Below are positions 24,206-38,329 of a stretch of 64,000 bases of DNA, in pieces. The notes below the pieces were generated by a model. That model was given only the letters and a program-made list of their open reading frames with translations. It did not search any database and had not been told where the DNA came from. The position numbers and the translations under genes are program-made. Position 1 is the stretch's first letter. Each line of letters opens with the position of its first letter. Location of the stretch: the NCBI RefSeq assembly GCF_964213995.1, contig NC_135804.1, positions 67,890,001 to 67,954,000 on the forward strand. Direction: 5' to 3'. This DNA is from Mustelus asterias (taxonomy: Eukaryota).

Positions 24206-27200
24206 AAAGAACAAAGAACAATACAGCACAGGAACAGGCCCTTCGGCCCTCCAAGCCTGTGCCGCTCATGTGCCCACGAGAACATTCTTTTGTATCACTC
24301 TATTCCCAGTCTGTTCATGTGGCTATCTAGATAAGTCTTAAACGATCCCAGCGTGTCCACCTCAATCACCTTGCTTGGCAGTGCATTCCAGGCCCCCACC
24401 ACCCTCTCTGTAAAATACGTCCCCTGACATCTGTGTTGAATCTTGCCCCCTTCACTTTGAACCCGTGACCCCTTGTGTTCGTCACCTCCGACCTGGGAAA
24501 AAGCTTCCCACTGTTCACCCTATCTATGCCCTTCATAATTTTATACACCTCTATTAGGTCGCCCCTCATCCTCCGTCTTTCCAGGGAGAACAACCCCAGT
24601 TTACCCAATCTCTCCTCATAGCTAAGATCCTCCATACCAGCCAACATCCTGGTAAACCTTTTCTGTACTCTCTTCAAAGCCTCCACGTCCTTCTGGTAGT
24701 GTGGCGACCAGAACTGGATGCAGTATTCCAAATGTGGCCGAACCATCGTTCCATACCGCTGCAACATCATATGCCAACTTTTATATTCTATGCCCTGTCC
24801 AATAAATGCAAGCATGCCATATGCCTTCTTCACCGCCCTCTCCACCTGTGCTGCCACCTTTAAGGAGCTGTGGACTTGTACACCCAGGTCCCTCTGTGTG
24901 TCTATATTCTTGATGGTTCTGCCATTTATTGTATAGCCCCTCCTTACATTAAATCTACCGAAATGCATCACTTTGCATTTATTTGGATTAAATTCCATCT
25001 GCCATTTCTCCACCCAATGTTCCAGCCTATCAATAGCCTGCTGTATTCTTTGAGAATGTTCATCACTATCTGCAACTTCAGCAATCTTCGTATTGTCCGC
25101 AAACTTACTGATCACACCAGTTACATCTTCCTCCAAATCATTTATATAGATCACAAAGAGCAGAGGTTCTAGTACAGAGCCCTGCGGAACACGACTAGTC
25201 ACAGACCTCCAACCGGAAAAAGACCCCTCCACTGCTACCCTCTGTCTTCTATGGCTAAGCCAGTTCTCCACCCATCGAGCTAGCTCACCTTTTATCCCCT
25301 GAGATTTAACCTTTTGCACCAGCCTGCCATGCGGGACCTTGTCAAACGCTTTACTGAAATCCACATAGACGACATCCACGGCCCTTCCCTCATCAATCGT
25401 TCTTGTCACCTCCTCAAATAACTCAACCAAATTTGTGAGGCATGACCTCCCTCGTACAAAACCATGCTGTCTCTCGCTAATGAGATTGTTCAGTTCTAAA
25501 TGCTCATATATCCTATTTCTAAGAATCTTCTCCAACAACTTCCCTATCACAGACGTCAAGCTCACCAGCCTATAATTATCCGGGTTATCCTTCCTACCCT
25601 TCTTAAATAACGGGACCACATTTGTTATCCTCCAATCCTCTGGCACCTCACCTGTGTCCAGTGAAGAGACAAAGATTTCTGTTCGAGGCCCAGCAATTGC
25701 ATCTCTCGCCTCCCTGAGGAGTCTAGGATAGAAGCCATCCAGCCCTGGGGATTTGTCTGCCTTAATGTTTCCTAAAAAACAAAACACTTCCTCCCTTGTA
25801 AGTGAGATTTTTTCTAACGGGTCAACACATCTCTCTGAGACAATACCAGTCAACATGCCCCTCTGCTTTGTGAATACTGATGCAAAGTATTCGTTTAGGA
25901 TCTCACCTACTTCCTTTGGTTCTAAGCACAATTCCCCTCCTGTGTCCCTGAGAGGTCCGATTTTTTCCCTAACAACCCTCTTGTTCCTAACGTTTGTATA
26001 AAATGCCTTAGGATTCTCCTTAATCCTGTCTGCCAAGGACATTTCGTGATCCCTTTTTGCCCTTCTAAATCCCTGTTTGAGTTATTTTCGACTTTCTCTG
26101 TATTCCTCCTGTGCTCCATCTGTTTTTAGCTGCCTGGACCTCATGTATGCCTCTTTTTTCTTTTTGATTAGACGCCCAATTTCACTGGTTATCCACGGCT
26201 CCCAAATCCTACCTTTGCTATCCTTCCTCTTTACAGGCACATGCCTGTCCTGCAGTCCTATCAACTGCTCCTTAAAAGACTCCCACATGCCAGATGTGGA
26301 TTTACCCTCGAACAGCCTCTCCCAATCAACAGCCACCAAATCCTGCCTAATCCGGCTGTAGTTCGCCTTCCCCAATTCAGTACCTGTAGGACACCACTCA
26401 TCTTTTCCCATTACTATCCTAAAGTTTACAGAATTGTGGTCACTATTTGCCACATGTTCCCCTACTGCAACTTTGATGACCTGAGCGGACTCATTCCCCA
26501 GTACTAGGTCCAGTATAGCCCCCTCTCTAGTTGGACTGTCAACATATTGTTCCAAAGAACTGTCCTGTACACAATTTATAAATGCTTCCCCATCCAGGCC
26601 CCCAGCCCTAAGCGATTTCCAGTCTATTTGAGGGAAATTAAAATCTCCCACTACAACAACCCTATTTTTTCTGCACCTGTCCAGAATCTCCTTACATATC
26701 CGTTCCTCATCTTCCCGTGGGCTGTTGGGAGGCCTGTGGTATACCCCCAGCATAGTGACTGCGCCCTTCCTGTTTCTGAGCTCCACCCACAGTGACCCGT
26801 TACCTGACCCTTCCATATTGTCCACCCTCTGTACCGCTGTAATATGATCCCGAACGAGCATTGCTACTCCCCCATCTCTCCTCGCCCCTCCTCCGTCTCA
26901 TCTAAAACACTTATACCCCGGAATATGCAGCTGCCAGTCCTGTCCTTTTAACCAAGTCTCCGTCACTGCAACCACATCCAAGTTCTGCGCAAGCATTAAG
27001 ACTCTAAGCCCTTCTGTCTTGCCCGTGACGCTCCTTGCATTGAAGCATATGCATTCCAGACTTCCAGGCCCACTCAGGTCATCATCCCCCAGAATGCCCT
27101 TCCTCTAAGATAGCCTTGTCTTGGCCCCAACCTCGTCCCCAGCCTCTATGCTTATTGACCTATTGGTCTGATCCCCACCCCCCTGCCACATTAGTTTAAT

Positions 27201-27825
27201 CCCATCCGAACCACACTCGCAAAACTCCCAGCTAGGATATTCGTACCCCTCCAGTTTACGTGCAACCTGTCCTTCTTGTACGGGTGCCATCCTCTCTTGA
27301 AGACTTCCCAGTGGTCCACGAATTCGAAACCCTCCCTCCTGCACCAGTCCCTTAGCCACGCGTTCAGCTGTGCAATCTCCCTGTTCTTAGCCTCACTGAC
27401 TTGTGACACTGGGAGTAGTCCAGAGATCGCTACCCTAGAGGCCCTGCTTTTTAGCCGAATACCCAACTCCCTGAATTGCTCTCGCAGGACCTCCCTGCTC
27501 TTTCTGCCTACGTCATTTGCACCAATGTGGACAATGACGTCTGTCTGGTTACCCGCCTTCTTTAGGATGCTTCCTACCCGCTCAGTGACATCCAGGACCC
27601 CGGCATCAGGGAGGCAGACTACCATCCTGGAGTCTCGGTCACGCCCACAGAACCGCCTCTCTGTGCCTCTAACCATTTCATCCCCCACTACTATTGCTCT
27701 CCTCGTTCCCCTCTGTCCCTTCTGAGCCACAGGGCCCGATTCCGTGCCAGTGAACTGGTCACCGTGGCTTACCCCTGGAGGGTCATCCCCCACCCCGCCA
27801 CAGTATCCAAAATGGTATACTTACC
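24206..27825 (-). mobile_element. Young CR1 LINE, 5'-truncated in ORF1: SGNH esterase ORF1 (27191-27793), APE (26082-26861), RT (24366-26042)
   Basis: ORF1 VVGDEMVR / VHIGANDV / DRLH; APE VVVGDFNFP and SDHN; RT VPQGSVL and FADN (catalytic D lost). The 3' tail is (ttctttg)n. Confidence 0.95.
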
Positions 27826-27904
27826 TAAATATAAATAGCGGGGTTGTCAAAAACAGCTGACCAACTATGCGAAGGAAAATGCAGATCAGTCAACAATCAT
27901 GTTT

Positions 27905-29620
27905 TTAAAAATTTATTAATGTCACGTGTATTAGTATGCAGTGAAAAGTATTGTTTCTTGCATGCTATACAGGCAAAGCATACAGTACATGCAGAATAAA
28001 AGGAAGAGTGCAGAATGTCGTGTTTCAGCCATAGCTAGATTGTAGAGAAGGATTAACTTACTACGAGGTAGGTCCATTCAAATGGCTGATGGCAAAAGGG
28101 AAGTAATTATTATTGATTGGTACATGACCTCAGACTTCTGTATCTTCTTCCCAACGGAATAAGGTATGTCTGAGTTTCACAGGGTCCTTGATTATGCTGA
28201 CTGCTTTTCCGAGGAAGTGCTCAGTCTCGACAGAGTCAATGGTTGGGAGGCTTGTTTGCTTGATGGATGGGGTGTCGTTCATGATACTTCGTACTTTCTT
28301 GCGGTCTTTGACAGAGAAGTAGCCATGCCAAGCTGTGGTACAGCCAGAAAAAAATGCTTTCTGTGGTGCACCTCTAAAGCTTGGTGAGTGTCATCGAGTC
28401 ATAGAGTCATAGAGGTTGACAGCATGGAAGGAGGCCCTTCTGCCCAACGTGTACATGCTGCCCTTTTTTAAAAATCCCTCAACTCATCCCAATTGCCTGC
28501 ATTTGGCCCGTATCCCTCTATACCCATCTTACCCATGTAACTGTCTAAATGCTTTTCTAAAGTCAAAATTGTAACCCGCCTCTACAACTAACTCTGGCAG
28601 CTTGTTCCAGACATTCACCACCCTCTTTGTGAAAACATTGCCCCTCTTGATACTTTTGTATCTCTCCCCTCTCGCCTTAAACCTATGCCCGCTAGTTTTA
28701 GACTCCCCTATCTCTGGGAAAAGATATTGACTATCTAGCTGATGTGTGCCCCTCAATATTTTATAGACCTTCATAATATCACCCCTCAGCCTTCTGTGCT
28801 TCACGGAAAAAAGACTCAGTCTGTCCAGCCTCTCCTTATAACTCAAACCATCAAGTCCCGGTAGCATCCTAGTAAATCTATTCTGCACTCTTTCGAGTTT
28901 AATAATATCCTTTCTGTAAGAGGTGACCAGAACTGTACACAGTATTCCAAGTGTGGCCTTACCAATGTCTTGTACAACTTCAACAAGACGTCCCAACTCC
29001 TGTATTCAATGTCCTGACCAATGAAACAAAGCATGCTGAATGCTTTCTTCACCACTCTGTCCACCTGTGACTTCACTTTCAAGGAGCTATGAACATGTAC
29101 CCCTATATCTCTTTGTTCTGTCACTCTCCCTAGCACTGAGTAAGTCCTGCGCTGGTTCAATCTACCAAAATACATCACCTCGCTTTATCTAAATTAAATT
29201 CCATCTGCCATTCGTCAGCACACAAGCCCAATTGTTCAAGATCCCGTTGCAATCGGAGATAACTTTCTTCACTGTCCACTATGCCACCAATCTTGGTGTC
29301 ATCTGCAAATTTACTAACCTCCTATATTCTGATCCAAATCACTAATATAAATGACAAATAACAGCGGACCCAGCACTGATCCCTGAGGCACACCGCTGGT
29401 CACAGGCCTCCAGTTTGAAAACCAAACCTCTACAACCACCTGTCAAAAATACCAATTTTGTATCCATTTGGATACCCCTCGTTGGATCACGTGAGAGTTA
29501 ACCTTATGCAACAACCGACCATGCGGTACCTTGTCAAAGGCCTTGCGAAAGTCCATGTAGACAACATCAATTGCATTGCCCACATCTACCTTCTTGGTTC
29601 GCCATTCAAAAAACTCAATC
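27905..29620 (-). mobile_element. Rex1 3' fragment (27905-28395) followed by a CR1 3' fragment (28400-29620)
   Basis: LVRPHLEYCVQFWSP and VDVVYMDFRKAFDKVPHG, with a CR1 tail of short repeats at 28395-28415. Confidence 0.8.
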
Positions 29621-32600
29621 ATGTCATAGTGGACATGCCACATTTCGTTCACCTTCTGAGAATGTAGGGAGGATGTTGGGCTTTCTTATCTATAGCATCG
29701 GCGTGGAAGCACCAGGACAGGTTGCTGGTGATCTGGACATATAGAAACTTGAAGCTCTCGATCATTTCCACTTCATCCGTGTTGATGGAGGCAGAGACAT
29801 GTCTTCCTGAGGTAAATGATTATTTCCTTCACTTTGAGGAAGATTTTATTGTCATCCCACGAATCTGTCAAATTCTCTCTCTCTTTCCTGTATTCTGTCT
29901 CAGCATCGCTTGAGATCTAATCCATATGTGTGATCGCATTCTTTGTGCTGATGATACAATTCCTTTCTGATATTTTGATGAAATAAAGGTTTGAATATGA
30001 GATATTTATGAAATCCATAAACCTGTTCCTCTGTGCTCACTCATTTTATGCAATTGCTTAACAAACAAAATTGTTTCGTGGGAGTTAGTCCGAGGTCACC
30101 AAATGAAATGTACCATTTACTGTGAGTACTGTTTTCGCCAGTGGAGATAGTAACGTAGGGACAAATGTTTCCAGCAGACGATTGGTCACGTTGAGACAAC
30201 CAAACACACAAAAATTAATGCAGATGAAATCGAGAAGCTTATTGCCAATAATGAGCAATTGAACAAAAATGTGCTCAGTGTCGAGAAGCAACTTCCATGC
30301 ACAAAAGATCAATTTGCCAGTGAAAAGCTGGAATTGATATGAACAATTTCAAATGTGTCGCATCAATGATAATCTGGATGAAATAAATGCAACAACAATA
30401 AATCTTCCGTTAAAATTAGATTAACTGCAATATCAAAAAATTCCAGAATGTGTTGTGCAACAAAATATTTGAACAGGGAAAATGAATGGCCAGTGAAGCA
30501 TAAGAGGTGCTTAAAAATCAAGACTGATGGACGGTTTGAACTTCGTCGTGAGACGGTTAAGAAGATTTTTGAACTTTGATGCAATCCTGAAATTATGGAA
30601 GATGATCTTATATACTTGAAGGATCGATGATCATGGATACTTATATACAGTTGCATGTTAGGCTGACACAGAGTGTGGAGCAGCCGGAATCCTACCAATG
30701 GTTGAGTTTACAAGAGACCATTTGAAACAAACATATCAGTTTCATTTTCATGGCGGGTGTTTTACATCCTGTTGCACTGGTCAAGTAGCATAGCGGGGAG
30801 GGAAATTTAGCAGAAGACAAATTACTTGAAATGTGCGTGGTCTTCCACGATACGCCCAGGCCGTTTTGTCGAACGCAATCTGCATCGCACCCAATGTGCC
30901 CGATGTGAATTAAAATGTTTGTGACATCGTTACCATATCATTCGTGAATTCAGCATGGCCGGTTCCTCTTCCTGTACCTCCTGCCACCCATCTCCCACCC
31001 CCACAGCGTGACGTAATGTCGGCATTATTTACACATGAGACAGAATTTTACGAAAGAAATTCTAAGTGCCAAGCTGGCGTGAAAATGGGAGAGTTTTATT
31101 TCCGTTTATTGGCCGAGGCCAAATCAATACCTTATAGACGTAGAGAAGTGGGCATCGTGGGCAACACGGTGGCAAAGTGGTATGCACTGCTGCCTCACAG
31201 CGCCAGGGACCCGGGTTCATTTCCGATCTCGGGTTGTGTATGAGTGGAGGGTGCACATTCTCCCCGTGTCTGCGTGGTTTTCCTCCGGGTGCTCTGGTTT
31301 CCTTCCACAGTCCTAAGGTTTTACACCCTGTTGCACTGGTGAAGTAGCATAGTGGGGCGGGAAATGTTAGCAGAAGCCAAATAACGTGAAATGTGCCTAG
31401 TCTTCCACGATACGCCCAGGCCATTTTGTCGAGCGCAATCTGCATCGCACCCAGAGTGTGCCCGATGTCATTTAAATTTTTGTGACATCGTTACAATGCC
31501 ATTCACCGGTTAGGTCGATTGGCCACGCTAAACTGACCCTAGTGTCAGGGCATTCGTAGAGTAAATACGTGGGGTCACGGGAATAGGGCCTGGATGTGAT
31601 TGTGGTCAGTGCAGACTCAGTGGGCCGAATGGCCTCCTTCTGCCTGTAGGGATTTTATGGATTCTAAGAAGTTTTTAAAAAACTGCTAGGTCATTTCTCG
31701 CCACGATGTGAAGTGGGCGGGACCTCGCCAGGAAGCCTGCAGTTCAGATCGGAGCCACAACATGCACAGGCGTCAAAACTGGACGAAACGGAGAGCTGGC
31801 CAGATTGCTTGGGACGTTGGAAAGGGACGGCAGAGCAGCCTGGGAGGCGGTGGCATTGGCTGTCAGTGCGAGGGCACTGACACAGACAACCAGAAACTAG
31901 TACAGGAAGAAACTTAATTAGCTGTTCCATGCAGCAAGGGTGAGTATGATCATAGAAACCCGACAGTACAGAAAGAGGCCATTCGGCCCATCGAGTCTGC
32001 ACCGACCACAATCCCACCCAGGCCCGACCCCCATATCCATACATATTTTACCCACTAATCCCTCTAACCTATGCATCTCAGGACACTAAGGGGCAATTTT
32101 ACCATGGCCAATCAACCTAACCCGCACATCTTTGGATTGTGGGAGGAAACCGGAGCACCCGGAGGAAACCCACGCAAACACGAGGAGAATGTGCAAACTC
32201 CACACAGACAGTGACCCAAGCCGGGAATCGAACCCAGGTCCCTGGAGCTGTGAAGCAGCAGTGCTAACTACTGTGCTACCGTGACGCCCCACGCCCCTCC
32301 CCCACCCCCCCACGCTTTGCTGCTCCCACCCATCCTCCCCACGACAACTCGGAAGACAGCTGGGATGAAGGCGATGATGGGACCTCCTGTGTTGGCACAA
32401 GTCTCGTATCAGCTTCCACTTCGTATTCCCATCCCATCGACGATCACACTGGTGCTTCAAGTTAATGGTAGGCATCTGGGTCACTCTCTGGGGCACAGCA
32501 CACACCTGCTGACGTACATCGGATGGAGGAAGGAAATTCGGAGGCCGCTGGCACGTGGAACCCTGCCAGTGAGTGAGGACTCAGCTGACCCCAGGCAACA

Positions 32601-34540
32601 TGTTGGGCCTCTGCGGACAGTTCTCCCTCAGCTGCTGGAGATGCAGCAGCAGAGACCAGGAATGTAGGAGGGGCTGACAGCAACACTGGGCCAACGACGA
32701 GGCTGCTGGGAGGAGTCCCAAATCTTTCAGGACCAGCTGCTATTGCTGATCTCATGTGGTTCCCAGGTCCAAAATGAAAGTGGGGTGTCAGCGGTGGAAA
32801 GCCTGGGGTAGGAAATGATCACTTGAGTGGCAGGGTCCAAGCGATGGCTATGTCACAGCTGTCCACAGGCGATTCCCAGAGGGCCACAGCTGAGTCACAG
32901 CAGGCCACAGCTAAGTCGGAGTGGGCCATACCTGAGGGCCTCAACAAGCTTATCGAGATTCTGCAGCTGGTGGCTGAGAGGCTCGAAAGCTTGCAGGAGA
33001 CCAGTGGGACAGCGCCGAGCCACAGCGGGCTATGGCAGCAGCCCTTGGGAATGTGGCCCACTCTTATTAGGTTATGACTGAGGGAGTGCAGAGTATGGTC
33101 CAGTTTCAGAGGGCAGGTGCTGCTACCCTTGTCAGGTGCCCTCAGACTCAGAGCGCCATCGCTGAGCACTGAGCAGGAGGCCGAACGCAGGTGGGCCTCC
33201 AGAACTGGCAGGGCCCGGTGATGGTGGAGCTTCTGCAGTTCAGTGCAGAAGCACCAGCATCCCATTGAGTGACCCAGGGGCCCACAGGAACCCCGAAGGA
33301 GGAGGAAGGTCTGGGGCCCATGTCGGGGCATTGCACCCCAGAGATGCAGCTGTGACTATAGCTTCTGACTCCCTCCTTCCTGACACCTTCCTGACTATCT
33401 CAGGGGCATTGTGATGAACAAGATGACATGGATACGTTTGTGACATCTGAAAGCCAGACGGGGTCCTCAATGTTCAGGCCCTCCAGAGGACGATTGCCAA
33501 AGGGCATCACAGAGCAGAGCACAGGGCAAGGTAGGCAGCTGCCCTCCTCCTCCTCTGGCGTACATCCTGGGGAGACACCGAGACACAGTAGAGTTAAGAA
33601 GCTATAACGTCACCAAAATGGCATGGGTAAAGGACCGCAACTGTTAAATTGAGGAATTAGGCACTGTAAAGTTTCACTTCCACTTATTATATATGAGCAC
33701 TTAGTTTGAGGGCCCAGTTATTGACAGCAATAAATGTTGCTGCCCCCACAGCTGTTTCTAAATTGTCTGTGATTAGCCTCCAATAGGGATGACCATACCC
33801 CGATCTTCACCAGAGGGACTATGCATGTTGATGTTCATGGAGGAGGGCCCTCAGTGCACCACATTTTGAAAATCAACGCATTCCAATCATCCACTGGCGA
33901 CAGCATGTGGCAGAAAGAAGTCTCACAAAACCAGGTTAAAGTCCAACAGGTTTATTTGGGAGCAAACACCACTAGCTTTCGGAGAGCTGCTCCTTCGTCA
34001 GGTGAGAGGGAGTTCTGTTCACAAACAGGGGAAATAAAGACACAAACTCAATTTACAGAATAATGATTGTAATGCGAATCTTTACAGCTAATCAAGTCTT
34101 AAAGGTACAGACACTGTGAGTGGAGAGAGCATTAAGCACAGGTTAAAGAGATGTGCATTGTCTCCAGACAGCATGTGGCAAGCAGGGCACCGACTCACAA
34201 CATCTCCAATGACGTCCCCAGAATCAAGGAGACATACTCCCATGCCACCCTTGCATGCCACAAGGTCCTGCATTGGTATTTATTCTCCCTTATCCCCACC
34301 CTGTTCTGGACCCAGGTGCGAGCGGGCATGCAGAGCTCAGATAAGAGTCACACCTGTTTGCACAATAGCAGCGTCACATAGTGTCACATAACGAGTCTTG
34401 ATCACCCTCCTGTCTGCCACAGAAACATGCCAACAGAGCTTATAGAGGCCCACCACTCTGGTGTAAATTTGGCGCAGGGTTGACTCGGGGTACACAACGG
34501 GGGGCAGGTGGAATCCAGCAGCAGCAACACAGGCCCCCTA
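29432..34540 (+). repeat. Segmental duplication copy 2 (matches 1-5109)
   Basis: Same sequence as 1-5109. Here the Harbinger transposase continues uninterrupted past 34540. Confidence 0.97.
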
Positions 34541-35800
34541 GTTGGCGAAGCTCGTGTTGCTGAGGGCCTCCCTAGCCGCCCTTACATGCCAGATTCTTGC
34601 TGCTGCCAACCATCCAGCACCTGGGTGGTTGTGGTTGTGGTGGTGGTGGTCATCGTCACCTTCCACTTCCTCCACATCCTCCTGGGTAGCCTCCTCCCCA
34701 CCTCCCCAGCATTGTCCATCTGGTTGTGCTTGACATCCTCGTCCTCAAGGGAGTTTCCCCGTTCATGTGACAAGTTGTGCAGGGCACAGCAGACCACCAA
34801 AATATTGGACACTGTCAGGGATCTATACTTTCAAGGCATTGCCAGAGTAGATACCTGATCAGCATTTTCAGGAGCCCTGTGTGCTGCTCCATGATAGACG
34901 ACATGGCAGCATGGCCGTTATTGCATTGGGTGTCCGCCTAGGTCTCAGACCTCCACACAGGCATCACCACCGAAGCCTGAATTGTGTACCCCATGTCTCC
35001 CAGCAGCCATCCCTGCACCCTGGGTTCCTCACCAAAGCCCCTGGCATATCAGGGCTTCCCAAAGTGAAACTACTGTGCATGCTTTCAGGATGTCTGGCAC
35101 ACATGTGCATGACGCATAGCTCATGGTCACACACCAACTGCACATTGATGGATTTTCCTGTTGGTGAAGTGGGCTGAGTTCTTCTCAGGGACCTCATGGT
35201 GACATGGAAGCACTCGAAAGCCCCCTGCACGTTCTATATCCCCACAATGGCAGCAAATCCTACAGCCTGGGATTCTTGCTGATCCTGTCCCACACCAAAT
35301 TTACTGTACTGGGCTGTCAGAAATACATGGCATCTGTGACTTCGTGTACACATTTGTGGACAGAGGACTGGGAGATGCCACAAAATTTCCTGCTGGCTGT
35401 CTGGAAGGATGCGGTTGCATAGACATTTCGGTCTGCCATCACCTTTATAACCACCGGTAGTAGGTGCTCCCCTGTGCTCAGAGGTAACAAATCCTTCAGT
35501 AAATGTCACAGGTGGCACACTGTCCCTTCTGTTGGCAAAGATGTCACAGGATGCGACATCCGAGAGTTGATAAAAAGGCACTCGCATCCTGAACTGCCAG
35601 GGTCTCAGTTCCGTTATTCTGTTGCCCTTCTCCTCCTGGACTGTCAGCCAACCTCCTGCCTCCGATGGGCATCTCCGTCTCCTGCAGCAGCTAGTGGCAT
35701 TGGCTGGCCGTGTTATGCCTGCAGTTCATGCTATTTTTCCTCCACTGCTCCAGCAACCACTAAAATGCGTGCAGCGTCTGTAAGTTGCATCTCTAATGAA
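34541..35800 (-). mobile_element. Harbinger (HARBI1-like DDE) transposase pseudogene
   Basis: Frameshifted motifs MQGAFECFHV, KSINVQLVCDHELCVMHMCARHPESMHSS and ILVVCCALHNL, followed by an acidic tail. Confidence 0.85.
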
Positions 35801-35825
35801 ATTAATAATCTGGTGGAGTGGTGCG

Positions 35826-36605
35826 GTGGCTTGTGGAAGGTCTAACACAGATAGGACATATACAGTAAATGGCAGAACCCTTAAGAGTATTGAAAGGCAG
35901 AGGGACCTGGGTATACAGGGACACAGGTCACTGAAAGTGGCAACACAGGTGGAGAAGGTAGTCAAGAAGGCATATGGCATGCTTGCCTTCACCGGCCAGG
36001 GCATTGAGACTTTAAATTGGCAAGTCATGTTGCAGCTTTACAGAACCCGAGTTAGGTTGCACTTGGAATATAGTGTTCAATTCTGGTCAGCACACTACCA
36101 GAAAGATGTGGAGACTTTGGAGTGGTACAGAAAAGATTTACCAGGGTGTATCCTGGTATGGAGGGCATTAGCTATGAGGAGAGATTGGAGAAGCGTGGTT
36201 TGTTGTCACTGGAACGACGGACGTTGAAGGGCGACCTGATAGAAGTCTACAAGATTATGAGGGTCATGGACAGAGTGGATAGTCAGAAGCTTTTTCCCAG
36301 GGTGGAAGAATCAATTACTAGGGGCATAGGTTTACGGTGCGAGGGGCAAGGTTTAAAGGAGATGTACCAGGCACGTTTTTTCCACAGAGGGTGATGGTTG
36401 CCTGGAACTTGTTGCCAGGGGAGCTAGTGGAAGCAGATACGATAGTGAGTTTTCAAGTGCGGCTGGACAAATACATGAATAGGATGGAAATAAAGGGATA
36501 TGGTCCCTGGAAGGGTAGGAGGTTTTAGTTTTAGTTCAGGCGGGCAGGTTTGGAGGGCCAGCGGGCCTGTTCCTGTACTGCAATTTTCTTTTCTCTTTGT
36601 TCTTT
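35826..36605 (+). mobile_element. CR1 3' fragment
   Basis: VKKAYGMLAF and HLEYSVQFWSAHYQKDV, ending in a tctttgt tail. Confidence 0.9.
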
Positions 36606-36989
36606 GGACTGAATGACCTACTGCCTGGCCGCACTTCGAAACTGCTGCAAACTTTATTTTAACAGGCTAAATGTTTTATTCCCCGACTGCAGTTGCCACG
36701 AATGAGGTCGTTAAGGCAAGTAAACCCGGTCAATGACATTGAGATGAATGCAAAATTTAAAAAAAATGACGTCTCACCCGTTTTGTGCGAGTTCCCGATT
36801 GTGGCCACTTTTTCGCTGGAAAGTTGGGAACGGCGCGAAAACGGGCGCCATTCGCATTCGTCGAATCAGTCCCGATTTTACGAAATCAACTCGCAGAAAC
36901 TCGGGCCGGATGAAATCGGTAATGCCGCGGTCTCTATGTCTGAGACAGGTGCAGCAGTAGCGAACCGTAGCGTGGAGGTAAGACTCATG

Positions 36990-38090
36990 GGCCACGCCCG
37001 CTTTCTCAACTCTCGTGATGTTACCTACAAAAGATTCTCGGCGTGATCAACCTTCCACCCATTTCCGGCAACTGGCTCAATATTTTAGTTAATTTTATTA
37101 AGATGCTTAATTCCATATGATTAGTGAGCCGGGAGAGGTTCTCTGCGGCATGGAAAACACCTGCTGCCCATGAACGAGGAACACTGATGTTCCCCACGCC
37201 GGTATAAGCGGAGGCCACTGAGGTCCACCGGGAAGTCGAGGGCAAGTTCCAGCCTCTCAGTGTTAGCCTGGCACCTTGGCATTTCCCAGGGGCACGGGGA
37301 GGGGGGTGGGCTGGAGGGGGGCGGGGGGGGGGGGGGGCTGCCACAGACAGCCAGGTGGCATTGGCTGCCAGGCGTCTGGGCCGTCGTCAGTCTCAGATGC
37401 AATAATTGTCTCGCTCTGCTCCACAGCATCCAGCAGACTGGTTAGCTCGGCATCAGTAAGACATAGAACAGTCCTCCTTGGTGTCATCTTCGGGACGTGA
37501 CTGCCTGTCTGTCCATCCTTGGCGCTCATATAGAGCTGTCCCCACTTAAAGCAGTTTTGACGAGCCATGCGCTCGTTCAGTCTATTTCAGCGATAATCAT
37601 GTCAAGGCTGTTTGTTTTCAACAGGGGGGTGAGGCAAGAGCTACTCTGCAACGGAGCTGATGATGTTTACTCTGCAGAGGGGACGATCAGGTTGGGGGGC
37701 GGGGGGGCGGGATTATGGGATGAACTCTACATGGGACGATATCCGGCGAGTAGGTTGATTCTGATGGGGTGTACTCTGCAAGCAGGGCTGACCAGTGATG
37801 GGGCGGGGGGGGGGGGGGGGTAATACTGATGTGGTGAACTCTGCAATGGCCTATGTCCGGGGTGGCTGAGGCTGTCGATGTGGGACGCAGAAGTTGGGGG
37901 GGCGTCCCGCCATTCCCATGGTGGGGAGGCCATGTCCGTGGGGCATAGGGCGTGCTGGATACATAAACAGGAGATCTCCTGGTATGTTGGGAGATCATAC
38001 ACATTCGCACTCATGTCCTGTGCAGTGTTTCGCCGGCCTCTGTGGCGGGATTAGGCTGCGACCATCCACTACTAGCATGAATCTCCTCGC
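36990..38090 (-). mobile_element. Harbinger-derived element with a Myb/SANT-like ORF remnant
   Basis: MTPRRTVLCLTDAELTSLLDAVEQ resembles the N-terminus of the Harbinger Myb/SANT accessory protein. G-run-rich interior. Confidence 0.55.
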
Positions 38091-38329
38091 GGCCTTTGTA
38101 TTGCAAGGAGCAGTAAATTATCAAAACTCAGATTGCTCAAAAAACCGACGAGGAAACCTGCCGTTTTCATTCCATTTCATTTAATAGTCATTGCAAAATT
38201 CTAACTGTATTAGATAATTGATCAGGCATTTTCCCAAACAATTTTAAGCGCTAAACGGAAACATAAAAACGGATTGTAAAGTTTAGATAGGTGTGTGCAG
38301 AGAGAAGAATTGTGACACAAACATATGTA

